From Isurus oxyrinchus (Eukaryota), in the NCBI GenBank assembly GCA_026770705.1, contig JANJGN010000024.1, positions 14,694,001-14,758,000 on the forward strand: a DNA stretch of 64,000 bases. Reading direction: 5' to 3'. The position numbers were made by a program, and so were the translations under genes. This document shows positions 11,440 through 29,400 of the stretch, piece after piece. Under the pieces are notes generated by a model. It was not told the origin of the DNA, did not search any database, and was given only the letters and a program-made list of their open reading frames with translations. Within the stretch, counting starts at the first letter, position 1. Each line of letters opens with the position of its first letter.

Positions 11440-11562
11440 ATTGGCTGGAAGTTTGGGCTATAGAGGGCCGGAAGCGGAGTGACGTCAGTTCCGCCGGGGA
11501 GACCGGAAGTCGCCACAACCCCGGGGTTTCCTCGGCTGCCGGAGCAGGGGCTCTTCCTTTTC
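11440..11562 (+). promoter_or_regulatory. RPS25 promoter: ETS/GABP sites, CRE, and TCT/5'TOP initiator
   Basis: ccggaag at 11468 and 11503, tgacgtca at 11480-11487, polypyrimidine initiator ctcttcctttt at 11551. Confidence 0.8.
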
Positions 11563-11588
11563 GTCTCGGACATCTTGGAAGCGGCAAC

Positions 11589-18042
<6,454 letters not shown>

Positions 18043-18829
18043 ACAGGTACTGTTTGGCTGATTGGACAGCCATCATTGTCACTCCTTTACCTTTTTCTCC
18101 CTCATATGCTGTAGTTTGTGGGTAGTCTGTTTTGCTTTTGAGCTAGCTGCTAGTGATCTTTTTTGCCCCTTTCGGGGAGGAGGGGGCGGGGAAGAATGAA
18201 GCTCCCAATAATATGAGCAGGGGTGCACATTCCCCAGCTGTGCCTTGAGTGCACAGCGCACAAATTGAGAACCTCTGGCAGCTGGTTGTCAGCATGAGGT
18301 AATGTGCACCTCTGAATCCTTCCCAGCGATGCAGTCAGCTTTTTGGTAAAGTTCTCCAAAAGTAATATTCTCTGGTGGTTCTGCTGGTTACAGCATTAGA
18401 TAGTGAGGTATACAAGATTGATTTGGATGAAGACTGTTCATTTGATTTTAGCCTTTTGAATTTCAATCCTGGCATCACAGAATAAAGATCTGATCAGCAA
18501 GTGCTCTGACGGGCATTCTAATTCACCTTGGATTAGGGCAGGTCAGCTAAGATTACAGTACCTGCAATCCCTACAATTGATCCTTTGCTGGAAGAACATC
18601 TGTGTAGACATTTGAGGTCAGGATTGGGCCAGTCTGAGTAAATAGTTTTTGCTGTGTGTGTAAGTGGAACATAGTTATTGGCAGCAGTAACTTTAAACAT
18701 TAATTTTGGGGTATCAAGCTTATACCTAGCTTGAATGTAATGTATTGTGTTTAAGATTTAATGCCTGAGAATTTTCAAATTAATTTTACAGCAAAGGTTT
18801 TCTGAAGCATCAAACATTTTCTTTTCCAG

Positions 18830-18900
18830 GTTCTGGAGTGGATCCCAAGTGAGAGTATTTGGATAACAATTGTAAAATAAAAATAAAAATGATGTACTAC
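18830..18900 (+). terminator. RPS25: RPS25 non-coding last exon with poly(A) signal
   Basis: Donor acag|gtac at 18046, acceptor cttttccag at 18829, tandem AATAAA from 18876. Confidence 0.75.
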
Positions 18901-19123
18901 AATGTGTTACACGTGATTGATTTATTAAATAGGTATCTGCATACAACTGTTATTGTGCAGGATATTCCTGTTTGCTCTAATGCTGCTTTTTAACCTGTGG
19001 GCTATGAGGTTAAATTACCTCTGGGTCAAGTTAGGATAGTAATTGAAGCTCAGGCAATCTCATTAGTTGGAGTAGCTGATGCTATGTTATCAGGTATGGA
19101 CTGAGCAACTATTAAAATATTAA

Positions 19124-22100
19124 AAACAAAAACAGAATTACCTGGAAAAACTCAGCAGGTCTGGCAGCATCGGCGGAGAAGAAAAGAGTTGACGTTTCGA
19201 GTCCTCATGACCCTTCGACAGAACTTGATTTCGAGTCCAGGAAAGAGTTGAAATATAAGCTGGTTTAAGGTGTGGGGGGGGGGGGGGAGAGATAGAGAGA
19301 GAGAGAGGTGCTTGTGTAGACAAACAAGCAGTGATAGAAGCAAATCATCAAAAGATGTCAGTCACAATGGTACAAAAGAACACATAGGTGTTAAAGTTAA
19401 AGTTGGTGATATTATCTAAACGAATGTGCTAATTAAGAATGGATGGTAGGGCACTCAAGGTACAGCTCTAGTGGGGGTGGGAGGAGCATAAAAGATTTTA
19501 AAATATTTAAAAATAATGGAAATAGGTGGGAAAAGAAAAATCTATATAATTTATAGGGAAAAAGGGGGAAACAGAAAGGGGGTGGGGATGGGGGAGGGAG
19601 CTCACGACCTAAAGTTGTTGAACTCAATATTCAGACCGGAAGGCTGTAAGGTGCCTAGTCGGAAGATGAGGTGTTGTTCCTCCAGTTTGCGTTGGGCTTC
19701 ACTGGAACAATGCAGCAAGCCAAGGACAGACGTGTGGGCAAGAGAGCAGGGTGGAGTGTTAAAATGGCAAGCGACAGGGAGGTTTGGATCATTCTTGCGG
19801 ACAGACCGCAGGTGTTCTGCAAAGCGGTCGCCCAGTTTACGTTTGGTCTCTCCAATGTAGAGGAGACCACATTGGGAGCAACGAATGCAGTAGACTAAGT
19901 TGGGGAAATGCAAGTGAAATGCTGCTTCACTTGAAAGGAATGTTTGGGCCCTTGGATGGTGAGGAGAGGAAGTGAAGGGGCAGGTGTTACATCTTTTGCG
20001 TGGGCATGGGGTGGTGCCATAGGAGGGGGTTGAGGAGTAGGGGGTGATGGAGGAGTGGACCAGGGTGTCCTGGAGGGAGCGATCCCTACGGAATGCCGAT
20101 AAGGGGGGTGAAGGGAAGATGTGTTTGGTGGTGGCATCATGCTGGAGTTGGCGGAAATGGCGGAGGATGATCCTTTGAATGCGGAGGCTGGTGGGGTGAT
20201 AAGTGAGGACAAGGGGGACCCTATCATGTTTCTGGGAGGGAGGAGAAGGCGTGAGGGCGGATGCGCGGGAGATGGGCCGGACACGGTTGAGGGCCCTGTC
20301 AACGACCGTGGGTGGAAAACCTCGGTTAAGGAAGAAGGAGGACATGTCAGAGGAACCGTTTTTGAAGGTAGCATCATCGGAACAGATGCGACGACTGCCC
20401 CGGTAGACCAATTGTCTCAGCTTGCTCCTGACCCACAGAACTCATCTCTCGTTATCTTGACTCCCTTCTCTCTCCCCTTGTCCAGTCCCTTCCCACCTAC
20501 ATCCGTGATTCCTCTGACACCTTACGTCACATCAACAATTTCCAGTTCCCTGGCTCCAACCGCTTCCTCTTCACCATGGACGTCCAATCCCTCTACATCT
20601 CCATCCCCCACCAGGATGGTCTGAGGGCCCTTAGCTTCTTCCTCGAACAGAGGCCCGAACAATCCCCATCCACCACTACTCTCCTCCGTCTGGCTGAACT
20701 TGTTCTCACACCGAACAATTTCTCCTTCAACTCCTCTCACTTTCTCCAAATAAAAGGTGTGGCTATGGGTACCCGCATGGGCCCCAGCTATGCCTGTCTC
20801 TTTATGGGGTATGTGGAACATTCCTTGTTGCAGTCCTACTCCGGCCCCCTTCCACAACTTTTTCTCCGGTACATCGATGATTACTTCGGTGCCGCTTCAT
20901 GCTCTCGTCGGGACTTGGAAAAATTTATTAATTTTGCTTCCAATCTCCACCCCTCCATCATTTTCACGTGGTCCATCTCTGACACTTCCCTTCCCTTCCT
21001 TGACCTCTCTGTCTCAATCTCTGGGGATAGACTGTCCACCAATATCCATTACAAACCCACCGACTCCCACAGCTACCTCGACTACAGCTCCTCACACCCC
21101 GCTTCCTGTAAGGACTCCATCCCATTCTCCCAGTTCCTTCGCCTTCGTCGCATCTGTTCCGATGATGCTACCTTCAAAAACGGTTCCTCTGACATGTCCT
21201 CCTTCTTCCTTAACCGAGGTTTTCCACCCACGGTCGTTGACAGGGCCCTCAACCGTGTCCGGCCCATCTCCCGCGCATCCGCCCTCACGCCTTCTCCTCC
21301 CTCCCAGAAACATGATAGGGTCCCCCTTGTCCTCACTTATCACCCCACCAGCCTCCGCATTCAAAGGATCATCCTCCGCCATTTCCGCCAACTCCAGCAT
21401 GATGCCACCACCAAACACATCTTCCCTTCACCCCCCTTATCGGCATTCCGTAGGGATCGCTCCCTCCAGGACACCCTGGTCCACTCCTCCATCACCCCCT
21501 ACTCCTCAACCCCCTCCTATGGCACCACCCCATGCCCACGCAAAAGATGTAACACCTGCCCCTTCACTTCCTCTCTCCTCACCATCCAAGGGCCCAAACA
21601 TTCCTTTCAAGTGAAGCAGCATTTCACTTGCATTTCCCCCAACTTAGTCTACTGCATTCGTTGCTCCCAATGTGGTCTCCTCTACATTGGAGAGACCAAA
21701 CGTAAACTGGGCGACCGCTTTGCAGAACACCTGCGGTCTGTCCGCAAGAATGATCCAAACCTCCCTGTCGCTTGCCATTTTAACACTCCACCCTGCTCTC
21801 TTGCCCACATGTCTGTCCTTGGCTTGCTGCATTGTTCCAGTGAAGCCAAACGCAAACTGGAGGAACAACACCTCATCTTCCGACTAGGCACCTTACAGCC
21901 TTCCGGTCTGAATATTGAGTTCAACAACTTTAGGTCGTGAGCTCCCTCCCCCATCCCCACCCCCTTTCTGTTTCCCCCTTTTTCCCTTTTTTTCCCTATA
22001 AATTATATAGATTTTTCTTTTCCCACCTATTTCCATTATTTTCAAATATTTTAAAATCTTTTATGCTCCCCCCACCCCCTCTAGAGCTGTACCTTGAGTG

Positions 22101-22469
22101 CCCTACCATCCATTCTTAATTAGCACATTCGTTTAGATAATATCACCAACTTTAACTTTAACACCTATGTGTTCTTTTGTACCATTGTGACTGACACCTT
22201 TTGATGATTTGCTTCTATCACTGCTTGTTTGTCTACACAAGCACCTCTCTCTCTCTATCTCCCCCGCCCCCCCCCCCCCCCCCCCCCACCTTAAACCAGC
22301 TTATATTTCAACTCTTTCCTGGACTCGAAATCAAGTTCTGTCGAAGGGTCATGAGGACTCGAAACGTCAACTCTTTTCTTCTCCGCCGATGCTGCCAGAC
22401 CTGCTGAGTTTTTCCAGGTAATTCTGTTTTTGTTTTGGATTTCCAGCATCCGCAGTTTTGTTTTGTCTT
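19124..22469. mobile_element. Large fold-back PLE insertion: minus arm 19124-20394, plus arm ~20393-22469 (454-aa RT/GIY-YIG ORF at 20576-21940)
   Basis: Arms are near-identical over about 1.27 kb. 14-bp TSD tattaaaatattaa at 19110-19123 and 22470-22483. Confidence 0.93.
22334..22372 (+). ncRNA. Minimal type I hammerhead-like motif (core variant CUGUCGA)
   Basis: agtt-CTGTCGA-a-gggtc-atgag-gactc-GAAA-cGTC-aact: stem I agtt/aact, stem II gggtc/gactc, palindromic ACGT stem III. Confidence 0.6.
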
Positions 22470-23413
22470 TATTAAAATATTAAGTAGGGACTACCTACAG
22501 ATGTTTTTTGATGTGGATACATGACCAGGAATGTTTATAACTAAATACAAATATGCTTTTGTATGGTGGTTGTTAGCTGTGGTATTATTCGGTTGTGTAA
22601 ATTGTGACCTGTAAATGGTTACTTTTCATCCCATGTGACAATTCTACAAGACCTTTAAGAGCAAAAGGGCACACTGCAAATTAGTTCACTTTCATTCTAC
22701 CCAACTTTTTTTTTTAAAGTTAATAGCAATCCCATAAGACAGTTTGATAGCTGCTTTTATCCAAACAAATTTACTAAGTAGTATATCCATTATCCTTTTT
22801 CTTTGCAATTGGAATGTGCCAAATCCAAATTAATTAATCTGCTCTTGTATGTAGACCTTATCTGTAAAATGGGTGCAGAGCCCCTGCCCAAGTGCAAGTT
22901 TTGAGGATTGCTGATCTTGAGTGCACTAGCACAAATAATTAGAAACACAGGAAAATGGATTGTAATTACTAATTTTTGATAAAAGTAATGCACTGTTAAT
23001 GAACTGAGAAGGATGGAGGTAACCATCAAATAACAATTCCATTTGAACAGATCTTTTATTACATGGAAATTACAGTCTTGCATTGATCGATGAACTAAAT
23101 CCATTTTTACCATAGGATTAGTTTACAATAGTTAAGGCCAGCAGGTAGGACAGTGGTTTATAAACAGACTATATACCATTAGTGAGGAGTACAAATAATT
23201 TACAGTCCTGGTTATTGCAATGGAATATAAAACTAGGTTTCAACTATTGACCTAATTTACTTGAGTATACAATATTTCAGTAAAACATTTTATACTAGAT
23301 CTGAGTCTAGCCATAAGTAACATGTTAAATATTTAACATTAAAATATTTCTTTAAAGCACAAAAAATCTCAACCATTTTCCTCTTCCCAAATCCATTTGG
23401 AATAGTCCTCTGG

Positions 23414-26400
23414 TCATCTCTTGTCCCGTTTTCTTTTTTTGCCTTCCTCTAACCTGAACTGATGCCTATAAAAACGAAAGAGAAGTCAATTCAAGGTGGT
23501 GGACAACACTTAGCAGCCAAATGCTGAGGCTAGCAGTTTGCACCGATTAAGTACAAGGAAACAAACTTTGGGGGAGAGGAATCACCAGCCACACAAAAGA
23601 AATGAAACCTTTGGAGGTATACAAAACTTATTTGGTCAATGATTGGTGGTTTTGATAGGACAGTGCATGGGAAGGAAGTTTGAAGCCAGGAAATAAAGTT
23701 ATAGAAGCAATACATTTTTATCTATTACACTGATGCAGAAGCCCATACCCCTGAACCCAAGGCACTAGCAAATATTGCATGAATCAAAGTCCCCTAACCT
23801 TGACTGCCACCTTCTGCCGTCATTCCAGACCCGGCCAAACGAAGGTAACCAGGAGTCGTCCGTTTCTGATGTGTGGTTGAAATTTGCACCAACTCTATTT
23901 GGAGGAAGTTTCTTCAGTTTCTCTTTCTCTTCTAAAATTAAAACAAACCTTGAGTACTGGTGAATTTAATTGTACAAGTATGTCCTAAAACCCAGCTGGA
24001 AGTTGCTGTAGATTGACAAGTACCACACTTGTCTTCAATATCACTTGATAGAAATGAGGTTATTTGCCCCACCCAGTCCATTCTGGTTTTCCCTCCTTTT
24101 TAGCAGAAGTCTAATCTCATACCTGGCCAAGCTTTTGCTCTAAAACAAAGTATTCCATTAGTTTAGTGTCCTTTTAAGTAATGAAACACTTCAAATCTTT
24201 ATGCTCTTCCATATTTCTCAATTTTACCTAAAATGTAACATGCCACCTCACAATGAAATTCATTCAATTTAAAGTATTGTCTATAATGTGGACAGTACTT
24301 CAAGACTTGTATTGTTTCTGTATAGTGTACAATCATAAAAGAATACTATATAAAAGCACAGTTGGTATACATGCTGAAAGGATGGCAGCAGTTTAAAAGG
24401 TGGGTTTACCACTTCAAGGACAGTTTGAGATATGCAATAAATGGTGGTCTTGCTTGTGAAGCCTACATCCCATGAATGATGACCAAAAAACTTAGGATTG
24501 AAATAGTGAACAGTTTGAACACCCCGTTATAAAGCTTTAAAACCAACAAAAATATGCAGGGGAGATTTACAGTTCAGGATCACGATTTGAGAAGTTGGTA
24601 TTTTTAGCTAATAGTGCAGAGAAGTCTAAGGGCAAACCTCAAAAGGTTCAAAATTATGAAAGGATATGATAAATAGATTGCTTTCCTTGGTCAGTAAGAG
24701 TGGCTTGAACATTTTTTTTAGTGGGTACAATATGTTACATTGTCATAACTAAAAGATTAAAGAGTACAAGGAACAAGCAAGAAAATGGGATGAGATTAGC
24801 TAGTTAAAAGTGGCTCACTGACCTACATTTTTTCCAAGTACAGCAAACACCTCAATTTTAAAATTCTCAGCCTGGTTTTCAAAATCCCTCCATAGCATTA
24901 CTATGTAATCTCCACCAACTCAACAACCAGAGATCTCTATGGTCCTCCAATTCTGGCCTCTCAAGCATCCCCAATTTTATAATGCATTGGAGGACATAAC
25001 TTCAACTACCTAGACCATAAGCTCTACCTCCCTCTCCTCTGAAGAGCAGACGCATTGGCTGCCTGTGGCACTGGACTTCTGGGAGTGACAGAACAACTTG
25101 GTTGGGCTCCTCCTTCAGCGTGTGCTTTCTTCCCAAGCTCACCATAGCTGGGCCCCCGGAGGGCACATGTATCATCTTCTCAACTGACCCCTGTTAGCAT
25201 GGTGCATCTTGGGGCAATGCTTGCCTGCATGCAACAGGGAAGTGGGGGGGAGAAAGAGAGCAGCACAGAAGCCCACATGGTTCAGGATTGTGGCACTGAA
25301 ACAGGCTGAGCGATGTGGTTCAGAAGAGAATATGATGCAGTTGAAAGAAAGGACGGACAAAAAAATTAAGGTTGAATCTAGGAAATATAAAGGGTATTGC
25401 AGTTTGTGTCACAAAGTAGCTGATTGACCCGAACTAGCCATACAGTGCACAGGGTTGTCATGAAGGGTTCAGATAAAGGTGTTTCTAGGAAATCCACGCC
25501 ATTGAGTCTGTCATGAACAGGGCTGAAGAGGTTCTGCAGCAGTGCACCATTTGTGAAGATTGTGCCTGTGGAACTCAGATTGCTTGGGAGCTGCTGACAG
25601 TTGAGGATTGAGGCTAAATCCTTGAAGAAAAAGAGCTGGAATTCTACCCAAAGTACTTCAGAGCTTTGAAGGGCTTTGTGGCTGAAAATGGTGCCATATA
25701 TGCTGAAAACACACTTCAGTAAATTTTAGATCTTTATCTTTGTCATCTCTGCTATTTAATGTGCAATTTTTAGTTTATATTGACCCCAATTTGCCTGTCA
25801 ATTTGTTTTTTTATGTTGATTATTAAAGTTACAAAAGTGAAATCTTGAGCATTAGTTTTCTTGTTGGTAAATTCGGTTCTTTTGGTTTGTTCGTCTCCAT
25901 AGAGACAAAACCAACTCTGATCAATCTTTTGGTCATCTGTCCTAAAATCTCCTTATCTGGCTCTGTCAAATTTTGTTTATTAATACACCCATGAACCACC
26001 TTGGCGACATTTGTCAATATTTTATACCATTGGTGCTATATAAATGTAAATTGTTTTTTTGTGTAGTAACATTATGATTCCATAATATTTCAACCCATTC
26101 TAATTAACTAGCCATCCCAAATATCAAACACATACTCTGTTGGATAAACTCCTCGTAAGATGGCCCTATTGGTTTTGGTGTAGTGTCTGGATCTTCCTCA
26201 TCGATAAGCCAGGGTGGAATTGCACCTGAAGTCAGATGTAAAGATTATTAACTGAACATAAAGATACAATCACTACAGCATGATCTTATTCAGATTAGGT
26301 TTTAATTCTACCACATGTAGAGTTGAAAGGTTGAGAAAAGTAAAAATGGCAATATTTAACCTAAAGAGCAGCATCTTTTATTGTACAGAGGAATTTGGTC

Positions 26401-29400
26401 TAATTTATTTCACAAAGCTCAAATAGGCTTGCAGTTTGAGATTTTGTAGAATAAAGTGAAGATACAGATATCCACCAAGACTGCCCCCTGCCCTTATGAT
26501 CCTGAACATTGAGTAAAATGAATATTTTAAACATTAGAATTTATGAAAAATAATTTACTGCTAAGTTGGAAAGGTAATTGATAACATTTATGGTATACAG
26601 TACACAAAGACCCAGATGGTGAGTTGTCCTCACATCTGTTGTGCTGTTGAAGGCCAGTAATACACTGCTTTTCTCTTAGCTGAGAAATGTGGGAATACCT
26701 TCAGCAAAGAGACTGCAGCAGTTCAAAAAGGTGACTCACTGTTACCTTCTCAATGGCAACCAGGGATAGGCAATAAATGCCAGCCTTGTTAGTGATTCCC
26801 AGAATATTAAGGAAAAAAATCAAAGAGGGAAGACGGAAGAAACCAAAAGAAAATAAAAGTTTTATCAAATATAAAAATGGTCCAATTATACGTATGTTGA
26901 GTCACTTGAAAAGTATTCACGTTTCTGCAAATATTCTACACCAAAAACATGCTTTTAAAAAATATCTATAGGGTACGCCTATGCTTTCTACAACTCTACA
27001 ATGGAGATTGTGAAATTTAGTCATCAGATTTTGCAGTACTATAAATTTACTAATAATGCATTCCACTGTATGCTTGTATGTTAATCAGCAGTATTCACTC
27101 AAGTGATATTCAAGTCACTTCACCAGACTCTATATCATTGTGAAAATTGCAAATTACCACTTCATATGGAAGATGTTTGTTTACTGATCACAGCACCATC
27201 CAAATATATAACACTTACATAATCATCTTTTGCCCAAATCCCACTTCAAAAATCAGTCATACATTACACACTGAAAACCTGCACAAAGTGACATCTTCAC
27301 CTGTGTGAATATTCCCAGTTTCTGTTCTGGATATCTGGAACTGTAGAAAAAGTTAGACAGACATTAATTGCAAATCCTAGCAGACCAAATCTAAATAAAA
27401 AATTAACATAATTTTAAAAAAAATTCAGATATTTGTCAGTATCCTTTTCATCTTTTCATATACTTATATGACCAAGCTACATGGGTCAGCTACATCATGT
27501 TTACTTAGATAACATTAGTTATGCCACTCCAACAATTATGTAGTTTTAACCTATATCAATAACATAACCACTACGTAAATACAACTGCATTGCTGATCAC
27601 AAGTCAAGGGACTTAAAATCTATAAACCTCTTTTTAGAGTGATGGTTGACATTAAGTTTATTTTCAGAAAACCATCATAAACCTACAGCATTTTCTCCAA
27701 AAGCTTTGTCAAAATCCAAACAGCTGATGCATGGAGTATATCTGACTTCAGCACAAGCCATGAAGGTTGATTTACGCATTGACTTTAGTGTAAACCACCT
27801 TGTCGTGTCAGTAGAGTGAGAGTATGATGTTACATAAGCCAGCTGACTTCCAGTCACACTTGGAATTGTAGTCCAAGTATCGGCCTCAGTAGATTAGGTC
27901 CAAACTCTTTCCTGTAGCAAGCAACACTGAAATGCCACAAAGCTTCCGAAAGTAGAAGGGAGTTGAATGAACCAGTGCAAATTTTCTCCCTAAACCTGCT
28001 GCAAACTCAAGAGTTCACTGCAATGCAAAGGAATCAGGGGTGCAGTAGCATTGCACATCAAACTTTCCTTCCATTTTAATAGATTTCACTGCAACATCTA
28101 ATGCTGTCATACACCCAAAACACATTTTGACACTTCAGAGAAGTACCTCACTACATATTCACACATCACCTGGTCACCAACGAAAGTCAAAGTTTGTCCA
28201 TTTGTTATACCACCAGAATAAGGAAAATGTACTCCACTCGGTCCAGGTTCTGTCTCTTCAGCGCTGTAGGTAACAACACCATGACATGCAGAGAAACAGC
28301 AGAATTATCTGAATAACTTATGTAAAAAAAGCATGTTTCCACACACACCCCCCCCCCCACCCCCCCAACTGAAAACAAACATCTGGATGGAATTTTCATT
28401 GAGAGCATGAATCTATCACTCTGGACCATGGCTGACCTTCACTAGTAGCATGCAACATAACTACAAGGTTCTGTAGCCTGAGCAACAGCAGACTGAATAC
28501 CGTTGGCAATTCAAACACAGCAATTAAAACTGTGTACTTATATCCTCACTCTACCAGACACATTGCAACATTAAGATTGGAAACTCGAGACAAAACAGCA
28601 TTTTTACTTCTACCACTCCTCCTCAAACCTCTGCAATTTGTGGTGTTACCACATGTTCACAGTGGGTCTTCCAATCAGCAGTTTTTATTCTGGAATAAAA
28701 CTGTCCAAGCAATTGCTGGTCTCAGAAATATTCCCCTTTTCAGCACCTTAACATCACCCTGTGCTAAAGGTTTCCTACTTGCACTGACAATCATGAATTG
28801 TCTTTGTACCAATTACTTTGAGTAGAGAGGTTTGATTTGGTTAGAAAGAAATGAGGCGGGTCTTGGCCACAGGAAAGGAGAAGTCAAAGTTGTCTTAGTG
28901 GTTAGTTTGTGGCTAGCACTGGCAGAGGCTAAGGGGCAGATGCACACCAGTCCTCCAAATTGCTGAATGGGGCACAGCTGGGAACAAAATAACTTAGTAA
29001 GAGAAGTGTATTTTACATTAATTCCTTTCAATCCTGCCAATGTGTATCACAGTTGAGTACTCAATAATCCAAGAAATAGGAGCAGAAGTCGTCTCTACTG
29101 AATAACTGGTACTCAGGGATAGCTTTAGTTGTGTGCCACCCTCCCCTGTTTAATAGTTCTACTGTTCCTGGAAAAAAACATTTCAGCCATTAAAAAAAGC
29201 ATCAAGGGAATACAGACAATAGCTTACAGGATCTAAGAAAATGTGGATCTCCAAGGTCACAACAGAAAGAAATATGGTGGCAGGGGGGATGGAAGAATGG
29301 AGATGGGGGTGATGAAGTTATAGGTCATAATCTGAAAGTCCTCCACCCTCTAGTGGTTCTATCTATATATCTGTGAATAAGACTTAATTTAGATGATGCC

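Noticed and set aside
22321-22350. Second, permuted hammerhead (gactc-GAAA-tc-aagtt-CTGTCGA-agggtc)
   Set aside because: Present only in the 19-22 kb insertion; other copies have different upstream bases, and stems I and III are essentially absent.
28650-28689. Possible extra CENATAC exon ([13 protein letters not shown])
   Set aside because: Its end phase is incompatible with the next exon and the donor is weak.
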